From an uncultured Gammaproteobacteria bacterium (lineage in GTDB: Bacteria; Patescibacteriota; Microgenomatia; UBA8517), in assembly GCA_965231135.1 (NCBI GenBank), contig OZ246419.1, forward strand, positions 385,488 to 449,487: 64,000 bases of DNA. The letters are read 5' to 3'. The translations under genes were made by a program, and so were the position numbers. A model generated the notes under the pieces. That model made no database searches, had not been told where the DNA came from, and saw nothing but the letters and a program-made list of their open reading frames with translations. This document shows, piece after piece, positions 60,598 through 64,000 of this stretch; within the stretch, counting starts at the first letter, position 1, and each line of letters opens with the position of its first letter.

Positions 60598-61671
60598 GTG
60601 ACAAAAAATAATGGACGGACTCTTCTTGTTTTAACTATTGTCTTAACCTTTTTGGGGCTTTTTGCTGTTGCTGATGCGTCTGCTCCTCAAGCGCTCGCTT
60701 ATTTTCATGACAGTTTTTATTATTTAAAGGAACAAATTGTGTGGGCAATTCTAGGTTTTGCTGCAATGTTTGCTGCAATGATTATTGATTACTCTGTTTG
60801 GAAAAAATTTGCATCAATTTTCTTTGCAATCAATGTGGTTTTACTTTTGGTTGTTTTAATTCCTGGAATTGGAAGTCGTGTTTTGGGAGCGAGAAGATGG
60901 ATAAGTATTGGAAGTTTTACACTTCAGCCATCAGAGCTTATTAAGGTAAGTATTATTTTTTATATTGCAAAGCTTGCTGATTTGAAAAAACCATTTTTAA
61001 ATTTAATCTTACCTATTGCGCTTGTGGCAGGATTAATTATGTTTGAGCCAGATCTTGGAACTACAATTGTTGTAATAACGATTGGATTGACACAACTTTT
61101 TGTGGCAGGAGTTTCTTTAATTCCTTTTGCGGCAACTGGAATAGTTGGGGGATTAATTGGGTTTTTACTTACAATTACATCAAGTTATAGAAGGGCAAGA
61201 TTGGAAACTTTTTTGAATGCTTCAAGCGACCCGCTTAATCCAAGCAACTATCATATTCGCCAAGTTTTGATTGCTCTTGGGTCCGGAGGCTTTTTTGGAG
61301 TGGGGCTTGGGCAAGGTAAACAAAAATATTTATTTTTACCAGAATCGGCAACGGATAGTGTCTTTGCAAATATTGCAGAGGAATTAGGATTTTTGGGAGC
61401 GATTGTTGTTATTGGACTACTTTGTTTTTTTATTTATAAATGCATGCAAATTGCAACGCATGCGCCCGATAATTTTTCAACAATTGTTGCGACAGGAATT
61501 ATTGCCTGGTTTTGCGCTCAGATATTTTTAAATCTGGCATCGATGGTTGCACTTATTCCTTTAACTGGAGTACCGCTTCCGTTCTTTTCTTATGGCGGAA
61601 GCAGCTTAACTGTAATACTATTTAGCGTTGGGGTATTATTAAATATTAGCAAGCATGCAAAAGAAGAATGA
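60598..61671 (+). CDS. ftsW: SEDS peptidoglycan polymerase FtsW
   Basis: GARRWI, QPSE..K, EPDLGT, LPE..TD..F...AEELG, TGVPLPF.SYGGSS. Confidence 0.92.
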   Translation: MTKNNGRTLLVLTIVLTFLGLFAVADASAPQALAYFHDSFYYLKEQIVWAILGFAAMFAAMIIDYSVWKKFASIFFAINVVLLLVVLIPGIGSRVLGARRWISIGSFTLQPSELIKVSIIFYIAKLADLKKPFLNLILPIALVAGLIMFEPDLGTTIVVITIGLTQLFVAGVSLIPFAATGIVGGLIGFLLTITSSYRRARLETFLNASSDPLNPSNYHIRQVLIALGSGGFFGVGLGQGKQKYLFLPESATDSVFANIAEELGFLGAIVVIGLLCFFIYKCMQIATHAPDNFSTIVATGIIAWFCAQIFLNLASMVALIPLTGVPLPFFSYGGSSLTVILFSVGVLLNISKHAKEE

Positions 61672-62770
61672 TATTTTAATTACAGGAGGCCATGCAGCAA
61701 CAACTGCAATTCCTGTGATTGAAAAGTTACAAAAAGAATATTCTGGATATAATTTATTTTGGGTTGGGCCAAAAAGCGCTGTTGAAGGAAAATTTGTACC
61801 AACTCTTGCTTCAGAAGTAATGCCAAAACTTGGAGTAAAATTTATTCCAATAACTACAGGAAGATTACAGCGAAAATTTACAATTTGGACTATTCCATCG
61901 CTACTTAAAATTCCAATCGGAATTTTGCAATCATTTAAAATTTTGTTTGATATAAAACCAAAAATAATTTTATCTTTTGGAGGATATGCAAGTGTGCCAG
62001 TTTGTTTTGCAGGATTTGTTTTAGGAATTCCTGTTTTCGTACACGAACAGACAGTTGCAGTTGGTTTGGCAAATAAAATCTCTTCAAGCTTTGCAAAGAA
62101 AATTTTTATCGCGCGAGAAGAGAGTAAGCAGAGCTTGCACGACTGCCTCGGTAAGAAAATTTTTTTGGTTGGGAATCCTATCTCTAGTGAAATTTTAAAA
62201 ATACCAGCAAAAACTAAAATTTCTAAGTCTCCAACTCTTTATATTACTGGAGGAAGCAGCGGAGCACAAAGAATTAATAATGCAGTTAGCGAAATTTTAT
62301 ACGAACTGCTTAAAAATTATAAAGTAATACACCAAACTGGAAAATTAGATTATCAGAAATTTGAAAATCTAAAGAATGAATTTCCAACGGATCTAAAGAA
62401 AAATTATGAAGTTTATGCTTTTTTAGATCCGAAAAATGTTTCGAATATTTTTGAAAAGTCAGATTTGATAATTTCAAGAGCTGGAGCAAATACAATTTCT
62501 GAAATTGCGATTACTGGAAGACCTGCGATTATTATTCCAATTCCCTGGACTTCTTATAATGAACAATTTAAAAATGCGCAAATGCTTGAGAAATCCGGAC
62601 AGGCAATTGTTTTGGAAGAAAAATATTTAACTGGGCAAAATTTACTTAATAAAATTAATTTGGTAATAAAAAATTGGAAGAGTATGGCAAATAAAAAGAG
62701 CGAAATTGCAGAGCTTGATAAAAAGGCTGCAGGGAAAATTGTTCAAGAGATAGAGGAATACCTCAAGTGA
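61655..62770 (+). CDS. murG: UDP-GlcNAc:lipid I transferase MurG
   Basis: GGH, FGGYAS.P, HEQ, GNP, TGGSSGA, ISRAGA, EQ..NA. Confidence 0.9.
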   Translation: MQKKNDILITGGHAATTAIPVIEKLQKEYSGYNLFWVGPKSAVEGKFVPTLASEVMPKLGVKFIPITTGRLQRKFTIWTIPSLLKIPIGILQSFKILFDIKPKIILSFGGYASVPVCFAGFVLGIPVFVHEQTVAVGLANKISSSFAKKIFIAREESKQSLHDCLGKKIFLVGNPISSEILKIPAKTKISKSPTLYITGGSSGAQRINNAVSEILYELLKNYKVIHQTGKLDYQKFENLKNEFPTDLKKNYEVYAFLDPKNVSNIFEKSDLIISRAGANTISEIAITGRPAIIIPIPWTSYNEQFKNAQMLEKSGQAIVLEEKYLTGQNLLNKINLVIKNWKSMANKKSEIAELDKKAAGKIVQEIEEYLK

Positions 62771-63426
62771 AGAAGACAATTAGATTAATTATTTTTTTAG
62801 TTTTTATTTTTTTAATTTTGTTTTTACTTCTGAAGTTTATTAAGATTCAAAAAATAATTTGCACATCTCAATATGGAAATTGTGATACAACTCTTGAAAC
62901 TTCAATAAATAATTTGCAAAACAAAAATGAAAATTTTATACAAACTTATTTTGATTTAAAAAATATTTTAAAGAATTCAAAAAGTATTCTAGATTACAGA
63001 ATTGATTTAGTTTTGCTATTTGATTTTAAAGTAAATGTAATATCGCGAACTGCAATTGTTGCATTTAGTTTAAAGGATGGAAATTATGGACTTATTGATA
63101 GGAACGGAGTTTTAATTTCAGAAGTTCGTGATACAAATTTGCCAAAAATAATTAGTTATTATAATCCAACTTCAGATCAGCTTGATTTTATTGCGAATTT
63201 GGTTTCGCGAATTTATACTTTGTATACACCAACGCAAACAAAAGTTATGTCTGATGGAATTTATTTTGAGAATTTAAAGGGCAAGACGGTTATTTTTCCA
63301 ATGGATGGAGATCAGGATGAATTAATTGGTTCTTTAAATATTATTTTTTCACGATTGCCAAGTATAAAAGAAGCTTCTACAATTAGTCAGATTGACTTAA
63401 GGTATAAAAATCCTGTATTAAGATAG
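62767..63426 (+). CDS. ftsQ: FtsQ/DivIB-like protein
   Basis: Single N-terminal TM, LID..G, C-terminal IDLRY..PV; directly upstream of ftsA. Confidence 0.65.
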   Translation: MKKTIRLIIFLVFIFLILFLLLKFIKIQKIICTSQYGNCDTTLETSINNLQNKNENFIQTYFDLKNILKNSKSILDYRIDLVLLFDFKVNVISRTAIVAFSLKDGNYGLIDRNGVLISEVRDTNLPKIISYYNPTSDQLDFIANLVSRIYTLYTPTQTKVMSDGIYFENLKGKTVIFPMDGDQDELIGSLNIIFSRLPSIKEASTISQIDLRYKNPVLR

Positions 63427-63430
63427 ACAC

Positions 63431-64000
63431 ATGAAGAAAAATAGAATTATTGCTGGAATAGATATTGGCTCTTCCAAAATTACTGTTCTTATTGCTCAAG
63501 TCGCAACTGACAATGTAACTTTTGAAAATTCTATTCATATTGTTGGAGTTGCTACCAGTCCGTCAAGAGGAATAAAGAAGGGACAAATTGTTGATATTGA
63601 TGATGCAGTCGAAGCGACAATCTCAGCTGTTGAAGCTGCTGAGCGAATGGCTGGGTATAACTTGAATAGTACATGGGTAACTGTTGGGGGAGCACATATT
63701 TCTTCACAAAATTCGACTGGGGTTGTCGCAGTATCTGATCCAAACGGAGAAGTTTCTGCTGAAGATGTTGCACGCGTTATTGAAGCAGCGCGCGCTGTGA
63801 GTATGCCAGCATCTCGCGAAATAATTCATGTAATTCCGAGAGATTTTATTGTTGACGGCGAAGGCGGAGTAAAAGATCCAGTTGGGATGGCTGGAGTAAG
63901 GCTTGAAGTGGAAACACATCTTGTTACAGTTTCATCTCCAGCGCTTAAAAATTTAACTAAAACGGTCAATGAAGTCGGAGTAAATATTGATGGAGTTGTT
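63431..64000 (+). CDS. ftsA: Cell division protein FtsA (3'-truncated)
   Basis: Translates MKKNRIIAGIDIGSSKI..., GIKKGQIVDI, AERMAG, DPVGMAGVRLEV; absent from the ORF track because it runs off the window. Confidence 0.92.
   Translation, partial: MKKNRIIAGIDIGSSKITVLIAQVATDNVTFENSIHIVGVATSPSRGIKKGQIVDIDDAVEATISAVEAAERMAGYNLNSTWVTVGGAHISSQNSTGVVAVSDPNGEVSAEDVARVIEAARAVSMPASREIIHVIPRDFIVDGEGGVKDPVGMAGVRLEVETHLVTVSSPALKNLTKTVNEVGVNIDGVV

Noticed and set aside
63786-63797. Perfect palindrome CAGCGCGCGCTG
   Set aside because: Explained by Ala-Ala-Arg-Ala codons in FtsA; single occurrence.
712-63919. Many short 60-200 aa ORFs antisense to or out of frame within long genes (e.g. 712-1146, 33947-34561, 38672-39040, 63552-63919)
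   Set aside because: Shadow ORFs lying within well-supported genes, with no recognisable motifs.

Overview
This is an AT-rich, very compact bacterial chromosome segment. Gene style and content suggest Patescibacteria/CPR (Microgenomates-like); this is inference, not a database result. Four blocks: (1) ~1-35 kb, a large cell-surface glycan locus with about eight GT-C/YfhO-like polytopic membrane glycosyltransferases, GT2/GT4 enzymes, a Wzx flippase, an O-antigen ligase/polymerase-like protein, two SAM methyltransferases, an acetyltransferase, ManC, a priming phosphoglycosyltransferase and DUF4012. (2) ~35-51.5 kb, a variable/defence region: ART-like ORFan, recO, an orphan m4C methyltransferase, and a tightly packed type I R-M operon (hsdM-KilA-N-hsdS-DUF4145/HEPN-hsdR) running directly into an HhH-GPD DNA glycosylase-like gene and a Cas4/AddB-like nuclease, then DUF2130 (with a relic tail of a displaced DUF2130 allele), cupin, NUDIX and a second nuclease. 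(3) LCP, tspO, glyQS. (4) A reduced dcw cluster (mraZ-rsmH-ftsL-ftsI-mraY-ftsW-murG-ftsQ-ftsA) with no Mur ligases and an antisense VanX-like gene at the usual murE/murF position. The best candidate for an undescribed system is the R-M-coupled glycosylase + nuclease (+HEPN) module. Other notable patterns are GC-rich hairpin elements in frame inside genes, widespread leaderless promoter architecture, and single ORFan genes interleaved with conserved operons, one flanked by a duplicated promoter. No rRNA, tRNA, CRISPR array, integrase or transposase was recognised. All family calls come from motif reading by eye.
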